From: Candidatus Daviesbacteria bacterium
GTDB lineage: Bacteria > Patescibacteriota > Microgenomatia > Daviesbacterales > UBA10151
Assembly (NCBI GenBank): GCA_016186955.1
Contig: JACPKP010000009.1
Coordinates: 161,595 to 225,594 of the forward strand
Direction: 5' to 3'
Length of the DNA stretch: 64,000 bases
Shown: positions 1 to 9,191 of the stretch, in pieces
How the letters are laid out: the number at the start of each line of letters is the position of its first letter
Position numbering within the stretch: position 1 is the stretch's first letter
Made by a program: the position numbers and the translations under genes
The notes under the pieces: generated by a model
What the model was told of the DNA's origin: nothing
The model's input: the letters and a program-made list of their open reading frames with translations, nothing else
The model's database searches: none

Positions 1-2
1 AA

Positions 3-548
3 AAAATCCGGACCAGGGAAGTCCTTCAGCTGATTGGCGTCCTGGGGATTATAGTTGCAACTGCAGCAATCCCTTCATTGCCCATGGCTTTGGGTGCTGT
101 GGTAAAAGTCTGGAAAAACGTTAATAGAAAAGATTTAGGAAAGATTATTAAAAGACTGGAAAAACAAGAGATGATTTCAATCAGAGAAAATGGAGAACAG
201 ATCACTATTGAAATCACCGATAGGGGCAAAAGACGTCTTCTGGAGTATGACTTTGAAAATATTCAATTGAAGTCCCAGAAAAGAGATGGGAAATGGAGAT
301 TAGTAATTTTTGATATCCCGGAAGATAAGAAAAGCGCGCGGGAGATCTTCAGAAAAAAACTTCTTCAGTTGGGTTTAATAAGATTGCAGGATAGCGTTTT
401 TGTTAGTGCATTTCCCTGTAAAAAGGAGGTTGATTTCCTGTGCCATTATTTGGGAATATCGGATTTTATTACTCTTTTATCTATTGATAGAATTGAAAGA
501 GGGGAAGAACTTATTTTTAAAAGATTTACCTTTGGAGACAATCAATAG
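3..548 (+). CDS. PaaX-like transcriptional regulator with Cas2-like C-terminal fold (5'-partial)
   Basis: Frame is open from base 3 (KIRTREVLQLIG...). wHTH-like LGKIIKRLEKQEMI..EITDRG, then WRLVIFDIPE..AREIFRKKL..LG..RLQDSVFV, typical of the PaaX-like proteins common in CPR genomes. Confidence 0.8.
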   Translation, partial: KIRTREVLQLIGVLGIIVATAAIPSLPMALGAVVKVWKNVNRKDLGKIIKRLEKQEMISIRENGEQITIEITDRGKRRLLEYDFENIQLKSQKRDGKWRLVIFDIPEDKKSAREIFRKKLLQLGLIRLQDSVFVSAFPCKKEVDFLCHYLGISDFITLLSIDRIERGEELIFKRFTFGDNQ

Positions 549-657
549 CTATAGCAATTCATTGTACCCATTAATCAGCATAGACGAGGATATTGTATGA
601 GGATGATAGTTGTGCATGTTGGTTTGCCAGATTGACTGTAACTTTTTTGTAGCAGGT

Positions 658-1317
658 TCATTTTAAAGCTACAGCATGTTGGTTGGCATATCTGGGGTCT
701 GATTCTAAAGCAATTGCCTTAGCAAATAAGGGATGGTTTTTGGGATTTTGTTTGGGTAAGGTATTTAATTCCTGTTTCAGTTTGCCGACGCTGATTTGTT
801 CTTTTTCCTCAAGGAGGTTAATAAACTGAGCCTCTAAACTATCTGGTCCGTCTGAAAGCCAAATGTTTTTAGCTGTTTCTGCTGCAAACAACCCGAGACG
901 GAGATATTTTTGAATGGGTTTAGCGCTTAGATTAAGACACTCGTCTAAAAGCTCTGTAATTACATATTCCAGCCTTCCTCTGTACTCAAAATCAACCGGG
1001 TATTCAAATGACTCATACCGACTAAGGGTATTTTCATTGTTTTGTTTCATCCTCCCTAAACTGACATAGATATCTGCAAATAAGTTGTCGGGTGATCCAA
1101 CACTTTTGCCGTCGCTTCCGCCAAAACGGTTGGTATCGTAATACATTCCCCAAAAGGGCGCTGGCAGAAATTTGTAATTACGCTCTCCGCTAAAAACAGT
1201 GCGCACATATTTATTCAGTTGTTCCAGATCCATGTGGGTAATATCGTGAGCCATTGCAGCAGAGTCCCAGGTATCACCTGTGGGGTCTGTTTTCATTATC
1301 TCAGGTGTTAGTGTCAT
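658..1317 (-). CDS. hypothetical protein (~219 aa)
   Basis: Long ORF with no recognised motif. ATG at 1317 lies 9 nt below a near-consensus promoter. Confidence 0.7.
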   Translation of the reverse strand: MTLTPEIMKTDPTGDTWDSAAMAHDITHMDLEQLNKYVRTVFSGERNYKFLPAPFWGMYYDTNRFGGSDGKSVGSPDNLFADIYVSLGRMKQNNENTLSRYESFEYPVDFEYRGRLEYVITELLDECLNLSAKPIQKYLRLGLFAAETAKNIWLSDGPDSLEAQFINLLEEKEQISVGKLKQELNTLPKQNPKNHPLFAKAIALESDPRYANQHAVALK

Positions 1318-1326
1318 ATGCACACT

Positions 1327-1354
1327 ATTATACTCATCAGTATTACCTTGTCAA
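1327..1354 (-). promoter_or_regulatory. sigma70-type promoter TTGACA-16-TATAAT
   Basis: Minus strand reads TTGACA aggtaatactgatgag TATAAT just upstream of the 658-1317 ORF. Confidence 0.7.
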
Positions 1355-1385
1355 TACAGGATTTGATTATTCTTTCAAAAGAGGC

Positions 1386-2576
1386 TCATTCGTATCTTAA
1401 TGCCTGGATGGGGTCAAGGCGGGCGGCACGGATGGCAGGGGCGACCCCAAAAATTACTCCTACTATCATTGAAAATCCAAATGATAGCGCTACAGACCAG
1501 AAGGGGACTGTAGTTGTGATAAAATTTCCTGCGATAATAGAGAGTAAAAACCCTAAAATTATCCCGATTACCCCGCCTAAACAAGATAATGTTAAGGCTT
1601 CGATTAAGAACTGGTTTCTGATATCAATATTTCTTGCGCCAAGCGCTTTTCTCAAACCTATCTCCCTGGTTCTTTCTGTTACAGAGACAAGCATGATATT
1701 CATAATCCCTATCCCGCCTACGATTAGTGAAATAGCCGCAATTCCACCAAGGGCGATTGTCAGCACACCGGTGATTTGTGAGATAGTTGATAAGGTCTGT
1801 TCCTGGGTTTGTACAGTAAATTCATCCTCAGAGAGCTTCTTTTTTAAAATATTTTCAGTTTTTGACTGGATGGTTTTGACATCTTCAGATTTCATGGTGC
1901 TAATATAAATAGTGTTTAATTTGTCTATCCCAAATTGCCTTTGGGCGCTGGATAATGGAATAAAGACCGAATTATCCTGGTCAATCCCGAAAATTGAGCC
2001 TCTTTTATCAAACAGCCCGATGACCTCATATTTGCTTCCTGCAATATCAATTTTTTTCCCTTTTATACTTTGGCCCGGGAATAAAGTATTTTGTACGGAT
2101 ATCCCAATTACTGCTATTTTCCTGCCTGCACTATCTTCTGAAATACTAAAAAAACGCCCTTCCAACATCTTAATTGATATTAATTTTGGGTAATTAGCCT
2201 GTACCCCGAAAACTGAAGCGCCTTTGTCTGTTTTATTGGCGTATTTTAATGTGGAATTTCTTTGCACCACAGCAGAGACTTCAGCTTCTCCCGACAGTTT
2301 ATTTTTTAAGTTTGTTGCATCCTGAAGAGTCAGACGGTTAGCCTGGACGCCTCCGGGCGATCTGGCGCCGCCGATCCTTCCCGGAATTACAAATATTAAA
2401 TTTGACCCTAAACCCTGGATTTGGGATGTGATATAGCTTTTGAGCCCTGATACCAGTGAAATCAGAAGTATGACTGATGTTACACCAATGACTATGCCAA
2501 GGATGGTTAAAAAAGAACGCAGTCTGTTTGCCAATATTGTTGTAAAAGATAATTTGATAGTTTCGAAAAAATTCAT
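1386..2576 (-). CDS. MacB/FtsX-family ABC transporter permease
   Basis: RLRSFLTILGIVIGV N-terminus, GGIGIMNIMLVSVTERTREIGLRKALGA motif, PAIRAARLDPIQALRYE C-terminus. Confidence 0.95.
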   Translation of the reverse strand: MNFFETIKLSFTTILANRLRSFLTILGIVIGVTSVILLISLVSGLKSYITSQIQGLGSNLIFVIPGRIGGARSPGGVQANRLTLQDATNLKNKLSGEAEVSAVVQRNSTLKYANKTDKGASVFGVQANYPKLISIKMLEGRFFSISEDSAGRKIAVIGISVQNTLFPGQSIKGKKIDIAGSKYEVIGLFDKRGSIFGIDQDNSVFIPLSSAQRQFGIDKLNTIYISTMKSEDVKTIQSKTENILKKKLSEDEFTVQTQEQTLSTISQITGVLTIALGGIAAISLIVGGIGIMNIMLVSVTERTREIGLRKALGARNIDIRNQFLIEALTLSCLGGVIGIILGFLLSIIAGNFITTTVPFWSVALSFGFSMIVGVIFGVAPAIRAARLDPIQALRYE

Positions 2577-2586
2577 GTTAAATATT

Positions 2587-2684
2587 AAATCTCAAATGGC
2601 AAATCTACATCTAAAATTTTAAATCTTTTAAGATTTGATTTTTTCAATTGTAGTTTTGAATTTTGACATTTGAGTTTTGAGATT
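2587..2684. repeat. inverted pair of degenerate heptamer arrays
   Basis: Left arm AAATCTC-AAATGGC-AAATCTA-CATCTAA. Reverse complement of the right arm reads AATCTC-AAAACTC-AAATGTC-AAAATTC-AAAACTA. Confidence 0.65.
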
Positions 2685-3354
2685 ATCTTACTATTTCCCC
2701 ATCTTTAATATGTATTATTTTTTTTGCATGTTTTGCGATATTATCTTCATGGGTAATCATAATAATTGTCTTACCTGTCTTATTCAATTTTTGAAAAAGT
2801 TCTACTATTTCACCTCCGCTTTTTGAGTCCAGGTTGCCGGTTGGTTCATCGGCTAAAATTATCTCAGGATTGGTGACTAATGCTCTGGCTATCGCAACCC
2901 GTTGCTGCTGTCCGCCTGAGAGTTGGTTGGGGTGGGAGTTTAGTTTTTCAGACAGTCCAACTTCAGCAATCATTTGTTGAGCTTTCTGTTCCCGTTCTTT
3001 TTTTGAAAATCCGCTGTATATAAGCGGTAAAGCAACATTTTGCAGAGTGCTTGTTCTCGGGAGTAGGTTAAAATTTTGGAAAACAAAACCGATTTTTTGA
3101 TTCCTTAGTTTGGCTAGGGTATCCTGATTTGAGTTTGTAGTATCTTGCCCTTCAAGATTATAGGAACCGGAAGTAGGCCTGTCTAAAAGCCCGATTATGT
3201 TTATAAGTGTTGATTTACCGGAACCTGATGCGCCGATTATTGCTAAAAATTCGCCTTTTTGGACTGATAAATTTATATTTTTTAAGGCCTGAAAACTAAC
3301 AGTTTCAGCTGCTTGATAAATCTTATTGACATTTATAAAGTGAATCAGGTTCAT
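2683..3354 (-). CDS. ABC transporter ATP-binding protein (MacB/LolD-like)
   Basis: Walker [10 protein letters not shown], signature [15 protein letters not shown], Walker [13 protein letters not shown]-loop ITHE. Confidence 0.96.
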   Translation of the reverse strand: MNLIHFINVNKIYQAAETVSFQALKNINLSVQKGEFLAIIGASGSGKSTLINIIGLLDRPTSGSYNLEGQDTTNSNQDTLAKLRNQKIGFVFQNFNLLPRTSTLQNVALPLIYSGFSKKEREQKAQQMIAEVGLSEKLNSHPNQLSGGQQQRVAIARALVTNPEIILADEPTGNLDSKSGGEIVELFQKLNKTGKTIIMITHEDNIAKHAKKIIHIKDGEIVR

Positions 3355-4442
3355 CCACGTCTTGGGTTAAACACACCTCGGAATATCCTTAAAAACGGAT
3401 TTGATCCCTGGAAGTTATTTTTTGCCTGTGAGGGGTTTTCAACAACTTCCTCATTCTCATGTAAACCGCTTTTTATTTCAACTTCAATATCTGATTTTAC
3501 ACCGGTTACAACTTTGGTGGATCTGAAACCGTTTGGTGTTTTTATCAACACTATATTGTCATCCCTCAATGCATCCTGAGGGATGGTAAGTGCATGATTT
3601 TGTGCTGCAGTTGTTATGGCGGCCTGACCATTCAGCCCTGGAATGAATTTAATATTGGGGTTATCCAGTTTTATCCTGACGGTAATTGTGGTGGCATTTG
3701 AGGAGGAAGTTTTAGTTTGCGGGACTATCTCATCAACGGTGCCTTCAAAAATATCATCTTCGTAAGCATTCAAGGTGATTTGAGCATTTTGGTTTTGGGA
3801 AATTTTACTGATATCCGCTTCATCTACATCTGCATCAAAGAAAATTTCGGAATCATCAGATATATCAACAATAATATCCGATTGGGAAACGATTTGGCCC
3901 GGTACAAAATCGGTTTGGGTTACTAAACCGTTGATAGGAGAAAATATTTGTGCTTCCTGAATAGCCTGCTCAGCAGCTTTTAGGTTATCATAAGCATTAT
4001 CTCTGGCAGTTTGTGCTGCTACCCGGGTGTCTTTTTGGGCAAAAGTTTCATCACTGTCATGGTTTTTAACCTGGTCTTCTATATTTTTGGCTGTTGCATC
4101 TTTAGCAGTGTAGATATTTTGTGCCTGTCTTAAAGCTATGGAGAGCTCCTTGGTATCCAAGCCTGCAACCGGTTGCCCCGCACTTACCCTATCCCCCTGT
4201 TTAACATTGATATAGGCAAGCTTGCCGGATGACTTAAATTTTAAACGGGCGCTGTGTTTGCCGATTAAGGTCCCTGAAGCAGACACCTGGGATTTAATGT
4301 CAGCGGTTTTAACTTTTGTAAATTGGATCTGCGCCTGTTTTGGTTTCTGCACTGATGAATACCAGAAAATGGCAATAAAAACTACTAAGGGGATTACTAA
4401 AAGTTTTTTAGGCAGGTATTTCAAAATAGAGATAATTTTCAT
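3351..4442 (-). CDS. efflux membrane-fusion/adaptor protein (MacA/HlyD-like)
   Basis: N-terminal TM, barrel-sandwich hybrid (SGKLAYINVKQGDRV...IFSPINGLV), coiled coil, VDEADISKI motif; overlaps the ABC ATPase gene. Confidence 0.9.
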   Translation of the reverse strand: MKIISILKYLPKKLLVIPLVVFIAIFWYSSVQKPKQAQIQFTKVKTADIKSQVSASGTLIGKHSARLKFKSSGKLAYINVKQGDRVSAGQPVAGLDTKELSIALRQAQNIYTAKDATAKNIEDQVKNHDSDETFAQKDTRVAAQTARDNAYDNLKAAEQAIQEAQIFSPINGLVTQTDFVPGQIVSQSDIIVDISDDSEIFFDADVDEADISKISQNQNAQITLNAYEDDIFEGTVDEIVPQTKTSSSNATTITVRIKLDNPNIKFIPGLNGQAAITTAAQNHALTIPQDALRDDNIVLIKTPNGFRSTKVVTGVKSDIEVEIKSGLHENEEVVENPSQAKNNFQGSNPFLRIFRGVFNPRRG

Positions 4443-4481
4443 ATAATTACCAGCAGCTGCTAATTTTAATACTATAAGTAT

Positions 4482-4784
4482 ATGAAATCAACTTTGATGA
4501 TAAATACAACAAAACAGGGTGAAGTTGAAGTTTCGCTGAAAGAGACAAAATTAGTACTTTTTAGCAAGCAGCAACTCGGTTCTCAAACCTTACTTCCCCT
4601 TATTAAAAATGCGCTGAAAAAAGCAGGGATATCTTTACAAGATTTAACCGGGATTAGTGTGGCAACAGGCCCGGGTTCTTTTACCGGTATCAGGGTTGGG
4701 GTTTCAGTTGCCAATGCCTTAGGGTTTGCTTTAGGGATTCATGTTAATAGGAAAAAGATGGAGACAGAGTTATTATATGATTAA
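4482..4784 (+). CDS. tsaB: tRNA t6A biosynthesis protein TsaB, short (N-terminal domain only)
   Basis: SQTLLPLI..L..AG...DLTGISVATGPGSFTGIRVGVSVANALGF signature. Confidence 0.88.
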   Translation: MKSTLMINTTKQGEVEVSLKETKLVLFSKQQLGSQTLLPLIKNALKKAGISLQDLTGISVATGPGSFTGIRVGVSVANALGFALGIHVNRKKMETELLYD

Positions 4785-4799
4785 TGAGTTAATGGTAAA

Positions 4800-5099
4800 T
4801 TAAGAAGAAGCTGCATAAGCATCACCCGCTATTGCCCAGTCAATTGGTATTCCATCCAAACCTTTTTCCAGGGTACTTAACTGTCTTTGAGAAGGGTTTT
4901 TAGCTAAACCCATTTTTATGGTAAAAGTGACTTCATTATTATTCCTACGTATATGTACACCCATTGTTTTGATTTCAGGGTAGCCTATTATCCAATTTCT
5001 GATTTTATTTACAAAATTAAAGCACAATAGTTTGTCTTCATATTTTTCTTGGACTTCCCGAACTTCCTGTATTGTTTTCTTAGGTTCCAGTCTTTCCAC
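4800..5099 (-). CDS. hypothetical protein (99 aa)
   Basis: ORF with GTG start 7 nt below a TTGACA-16-TATACT promoter. Confidence 0.6.
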   Translation of the reverse strand: MERLEPKKTIQEVREVQEKYEDKLLCFNFVNKIRNWIIGYPEIKTMGVHIRRNNNEVTFTIKMGLAKNPSQRQLSTLEKGLDGIPIDWAIAGDAYAASS

Positions 5100-5106
5100 A
5101 GTATTA

Positions 5107-5134
5107 AGTATACTTTAAAATTGGTTTTTGTCAA
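5107..5134 (-). promoter_or_regulatory. sigma70-type promoter TTGACA-16-TATACT, probably leaderless
   Basis: Minus strand TTGACA aaaaccaattttaaag TATACT, then 7 nt to the GTG at 5099. Confidence 0.65.
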
Positions 5135-5157
5135 ATCCTGAACTATTACATCAATTT

Positions 5158-5303
5158 GTACTTATTCAGTTTTCTCCAGTAAATACGTCATTGCGATCAC
5201 GTTCAGTTTTATGAACGTGAGAAGCAATCTGATTAGATCGCCACGGTCCGGTGTACATCGGACCTCGCGATGACGTTTGTTTTGGTAAGGACTGAATAGT
5301 TAC
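5158..5303. repeat. nested palindromic element (RPE-like core 5187-5274 inside imperfect terminal inverted repeats)
   Basis: Outer IR GTACTTATTCAGT / ACTGAATAGTTAC. Core GTCATTGCGA...GAAGCAATCT..AGATCGCCACG...TCGCGATGAC with internal hairpins TCACGTTCA/TGAACGTGA and GGTCCG/CGGACC. Confidence 0.8.
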
Positions 5304-5331
5304 ATCCATCTTCAATGATTTGTTAACAGAT

Positions 5332-5360
5332 TTGCAATATTAATCCCATAGTGGTATAAT
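5332..5360 (+). promoter_or_regulatory. sigma70 promoter TTGCAA-17-TATAAT with extended TG, leaderless
   Basis: TTGCAA 5332-5337, TGgTATAAT ending at 5360, ATG 7 nt later, no SD. Confidence 0.7.
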
Positions 5361-5367
5361 TCTCTTC

Positions 5368-6126
5368 ATGAGTGAACAGGATAACAGACCTTATTGGGAA
5401 AAACCTGAATTTTTCAAAGCTAAAGCGAAAAAAGAAAAATGGGGTCAACTTGCATGGACTTTAGATGATTTTTTAGCTATAAGAGGTATTCCAACTGATG
5501 ATTTAAAAAATAACCCTTCAAAAACTGAAGATGAATTAATGACAGCTGAGGAAATTGCAAATTTTTTAAGAGAAAATCAGGATTTAATTAATGAATTTAC
5601 TACAATACAGGATAATGATTTTGTAAAAAGTGCTTTACTGGAACTTACACATGAGTTTGCTTCTGTTTTGAAATATTTGAAAGCAATAGGAAGACTCCCG
5701 GAAGAGTTTGACCCTGAACCAGAAAAGCAGATTAGTTTGGGAATGAAACTTTCTGATATAAATTTTGAGATCTTAAAAGAAATTGTTCAACTTTATGAGG
5801 AAGTTGTAGGTGGGGATTATGCAAAACGTTTTAGAAGCCATGATCCTGGAAAAGCAGTAAAATATGTTGTGGAGGGTCCCGGAGAATGGAGGTTTGGTTC
5901 CAGATTAATTGATTCAAACGGTAGGCAGGATGTAAATGGAAAGCTTTTTTTAAGACCTCATCTTGCCAGGGATGAAAACAGCAATCTATTAAACGCTATA
6001 AGAATTTACTTTGACCCAAATACTATTGAAGGAGAAGAGGCAGATAAATTAAGGAAAGAATTTCAATATGCAGTGAATAGATTCTTAATCAAAAAGGGAT
6101 TAGAAGTAGAGCTCCCAAGAAGGTGA
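5368..6126 (+). CDS. hypothetical protein (252 aa)
   Basis: Long acidic ORF with its own promoter; no recognised family. Confidence 0.75.
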   Translation: MSEQDNRPYWEKPEFFKAKAKKEKWGQLAWTLDDFLAIRGIPTDDLKNNPSKTEDELMTAEEIANFLRENQDLINEFTTIQDNDFVKSALLELTHEFASVLKYLKAIGRLPEEFDPEPEKQISLGMKLSDINFEILKEIVQLYEEVVGGDYAKRFRSHDPGKAVKYVVEGPGEWRFGSRLIDSNGRQDVNGKLFLRPHLARDENSNLLNAIRIYFDPNTIEGEEADKLRKEFQYAVNRFLIKKGLEVELPRR

Positions 6127-6198
6127 TATTATGTATGGGTCGGTTTCTTGTTTCTTGACCCTTACCTACTCACTGGATTGAAATGATATACTTTAGTT

Positions 6199-7113
6199 GT
6201 GAACTGGAAACATCTTTTTTTGCCCCATTCGCAGACTCATAAAAAAGCCCATCTTATTTCAGCCCCGGCTTTGGCTGTTTACATAGCTATTTTTATTGTG
6301 TTGCAGATGGGTTTGCATCTTGTCTCAACAGTAAAGCCGGGGATTTTGGGAATTGCCTCAAATATAAGCCAACAGGAGCTGATAAAGTTAACAAACGCCA
6401 AGAGAGAGGCCTTGGGTTTGCCGCCTGTAATTGAAGACCCCAGGCTTGATGCAGCAGCTTTGGCCAAAGCACAAAACATGTTTGCCGAAAATTATTGGGC
6501 GCATTATTCCCCTTCCGGTAAAGACCCCTGGGGTTTTATTTTAGGGGCAGGTTACAGGTTTACAAATGCCGGTGAAAACTTAGCCAGGAATTTTTATAAC
6601 TCAAATGAAGTGGTGGATGCATGGATGGCATCACCAACGCATAGAGATAATATAATAAATTCGAAATACAGAAATATCGGAATGGCGGTTTTAGAGGGTA
6701 CCTTAAACGGCCAGCCGACTGTTTTAGTTGTCCAGGAGTTTGGTACACCGGTTGAGGCTATAGCACAGATCCCCAAGCCGCAGGTCAACCAGCCAACAAG
6801 CGAACCAATTTTACTTGCTGAAGCCCCAAAAGAGTCTACCCCGGCTGGTGTTTTTTCAGCCTCACAAAATCAACCCACACCTTTGGTAGTTAACAAAAAA
6901 ATTGCAAGTGGTGTATTGGTTGACCCGTATCTGCTAACAAAAAATATCGGGTTGGGTTTGTTGTTTTTGGTCGGTATACTAATAATTACTGATTTTTTTG
7001 TGCTCAGAAAAAGAGCAGTGGCCAGAGTTTCCTCAAGCCATTTCCCCCATCTTGCATTTTTGGCAGTTTTGACAAGCACACTAATTAATTCAAATATAGG
7101 TTCAATACTATGA
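6199..7113 (+). CDS. CAP/SCP-domain membrane-anchored protein
   Basis: LIKLTNAKR..GLPP..DPRLDAAA..KAQNM....YWAH, GENLA, VDAWMASPTHRDNII motifs; N- and C-terminal TMs. Confidence 0.9.
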   Translation: MNWKHLFLPHSQTHKKAHLISAPALAVYIAIFIVLQMGLHLVSTVKPGILGIASNISQQELIKLTNAKREALGLPPVIEDPRLDAAALAKAQNMFAENYWAHYSPSGKDPWGFILGAGYRFTNAGENLARNFYNSNEVVDAWMASPTHRDNIINSKYRNIGMAVLEGTLNGQPTVLVVQEFGTPVEAIAQIPKPQVNQPTSEPILLAEAPKESTPAGVFSASQNQPTPLVVNKKIASGVLVDPYLLTKNIGLGLLFLVGILIITDFFVLRKRAVARVSSSHFPHLAFLAVLTSTLINSNIGSIL

Positions 7114-7373
7114 CCAAAAGTACAAGCAAAAAAATAAAAATGAATATTTTCTATCTTTTACTGCCTTTAAGTATTATTCTTATCGTGGCTAGTTTTATTT
7201 TCCGCCAGCATGCTAATATCCAGTTGGAACTTGCAATTTTGGCAATATTTATTTATATAAGTTTTGCACTTATCCATCACTTTTTTGATAAAAGCTTAAG
7301 TTTGGAAATCATTATAGATTATATTTTGATATCAATTTTAGCAACCGTAATTTTGCTAGGTGTGGTAATATAA
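7110..7373 (+). CDS. small membrane protein (3 TM)
   Basis: Hydrophobic ORF overlapping the CAP gene stop (ATGA). Confidence 0.7.
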   Translation: MTKSTSKKIKMNIFYLLLPLSIILIVASFIFRQHANIQLELAILAIFIYISFALIHHFFDKSLSLEIIIDYILISILATVILLGVVI

Positions 7374-7385
7374 GTTGAAGTTAAT

Positions 7386-8102
7386 ATGAAAGGTGTCATT
7401 TTAGCAGGCGGGTTGGGGACCAGGCTTTATCCTCTAACTTATGTAACAAATAAACATCTTCTTCCGGTTTACGACAAACCGATGATTTTTTATCCTATAG
7501 ATACTCTTGTAAAAGCCGGTATTACAGAAATAATGGTTGTTGTGGGCGGGCCTCATGCCGGTCATTTTATTCAAATTCTTAGGAATGGGCGTGAATTGGG
7601 GTTAAAGCATCTTGAGTTTGCATACCAGGAAAAAGAAGGCGGCATTGCCGATGCACTGTCTTTGGCTGAAGATTTTCTTGACGGTGAAGATGCAACTGTG
7701 ATTTTGGGAGATAATACCACGGATGCGGATATATCAAAAGATGTGCAAGAATTTAGCGGCGGTGGAGTAATATTTTTGAAAGAGGTGCCGGACCCCCATC
7801 GTTTTGGTGTACCTACCTTTGACCCTAAAGACCATTCTAAGATTATGAAAATTACAGAAAAGCCGGTAAAACCGGACAGCGATTTTGCCGTGACCGGCCT
7901 TTATATATATGATAGCCGGGTTTTTAATTTTATAAAAGCAATTAAACCGTCAGCCAGGGGGGAGTTGGAAATTACGGACGTAAATAATTTTTATATCGAG
8001 AAGAAGCAGCTTAAATGGAGTATGTTAAATGGTTATTGGAGGGATGCAGGCACTTTTGATACCTTGCTTGAGGCGGGAAACTTTTGGGCTAAAAAAAGTT
8101 AG
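7386..8102 (+). CDS. rmlA: glucose-1-phosphate thymidylyltransferase
   Basis: KGVILAGGLGTRLYPLT..NKHLLPVYDKPMI, EKP, SARGELEITD, WRDAGT. Confidence 0.93.
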   Translation: MKGVILAGGLGTRLYPLTYVTNKHLLPVYDKPMIFYPIDTLVKAGITEIMVVVGGPHAGHFIQILRNGRELGLKHLEFAYQEKEGGIADALSLAEDFLDGEDATVILGDNTTDADISKDVQEFSGGGVIFLKEVPDPHRFGVPTFDPKDHSKIMKITEKPVKPDSDFAVTGLYIYDSRVFNFIKAIKPSARGELEITDVNNFYIEKKQLKWSMLNGYWRDAGTFDTLLEAGNFWAKKS

Positions 8103-8119
8103 TGTGTCATCTTAAAGTT

Positions 8120-8177
8120 ATGAAATTACTTGTAACAGGAGGCGCCGGTTTTAAAAGCGTAAGCTCGTAAAACCGGC
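8120..8177 (+). pseudogene. abortive duplicate of the rmlB 5' end ending in a hairpin
   Basis: 8120-8170 encodes MKLLVTGGAGFKSVSS*, versus rmlB MKVLITGGAGFIG. IR GCCGGTTTTA (8144-8153) / TAAAACCGGC (8168-8177). Confidence 0.7.
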
Positions 8178-8189
8178 AGAACAACTAAA

Positions 8190-9191
8190 ATGAAGGTGTT
8201 AATTACTGGAGGTGCCGGTTTTATAGGGTCAAATTTTATCAGGTACTGGTTGAAAAACTATCCAAAAGATTGGATTGTTAATTTAGATAAACTGACTTAT
8301 GCGGGACATATTGAAAGCTTAAAAGGCCTTCAGAGTAATCCAAACTATCAATTTATCAAAGGTGATATCTGTGATGAAAAAATAGTTGAAAAATCAATGA
8401 AAGGTGTGGATATTGTAGTTCACTTTGCCGCTGAAACCCATGTCGACAGGTCAATAATAGACCCGACTGTTTTTGTCAAAACCAATGTGTTGGGTACGAA
8501 TGTTTTATTGGACAGCGCTTTAAAAAACAAAGTTAAGAGGTTCCACCATATCTCAACTGATGAAGTATATGGCAGTTTGGGTTTGGATGATAGCCCATTT
8601 ACCGAAGAAACCAATTTTGCTCCCAGGTCTCCGTATGCTGCCTCAAAGAGTGGAGCAGAACAATTAGTCATTGCATATTTTATCACCTATGGACTGCCGG
8701 TAACTGTGACAAATTGTGCTGATAATTTCGGACCTTTCCATGACCCTGAAAAATTAATACCCAGATTTGTCACAAATTTACTGATGGGTAAAAAAGTACC
8801 ACTCATGGGCGAAGGTGAAAATATCAGGGAATGGTTATATGTAAAAGACCATTGCCGGGCAATTGATTTTGTTCTAAATAAAGGTACATTAGGTGAAAAA
8901 TACCTAATCTCTGGAACAGAGCTTACCAATATGGAGGTTACTAAAAAGATCCTTGCTCTTTTGGGAAAGGATAAATCTTGGATTGAGTTTGTGGAACATA
9001 GGTTAGGGCATGATTTTAGGTACGCTATAAATGATTCTAAATTAAGGGAGCTGGGGTGGATGCCACAGATGAATTTTGACAAAGGATTGGAACAAACAAT
9101 AGAATGGTACAAGAAAAATGGATGGTGGTGGAAACCATTAATAAATGGCAGACCAATTGTAGATAGGGTGGCTCAAAAATCATATGGATGA
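8190..9191 (+). CDS. rmlB: dTDP-glucose 4,6-dehydratase
   Basis: TGGAGFIGSNF, DKLTYAG, HFAAETHVDRSI, STDEVYG, YAASK, RLGHDFRY. Confidence 0.96.
   Translation: MKVLITGGAGFIGSNFIRYWLKNYPKDWIVNLDKLTYAGHIESLKGLQSNPNYQFIKGDICDEKIVEKSMKGVDIVVHFAAETHVDRSIIDPTVFVKTNVLGTNVLLDSALKNKVKRFHHISTDEVYGSLGLDDSPFTEETNFAPRSPYAASKSGAEQLVIAYFITYGLPVTVTNCADNFGPFHDPEKLIPRFVTNLLMGKKVPLMGEGENIREWLYVKDHCRAIDFVLNKGTLGEKYLISGTELTNMEVTKKILALLGKDKSWIEFVEHRLGHDFRYAINDSKLRELGWMPQMNFDKGLEQTIEWYKKNGWWWKPLINGRPIVDRVAQKSYG

Noticed and set aside
3-548. Cas2-like motif (VIFDIPE...LQDSVF) suggesting a CRISPR-Cas locus
   Set aside because: It is the C-terminal part of a PaaX-like protein with an N-terminal wHTH; no cas genes or repeat-spacer array are visible in the window.
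1318-2622. Plus-strand ORFs 1318-1908, 1912-2193 and 2440-2622
   Set aside because: Antisense shadows of the well-supported ABC permease.
5187-5274. tRNA or known riboswitch
   Set aside because: Branched hairpins but no T-loop/D-loop consensus or CCA end; a partial second copy inside a CDS favours a repeat element.
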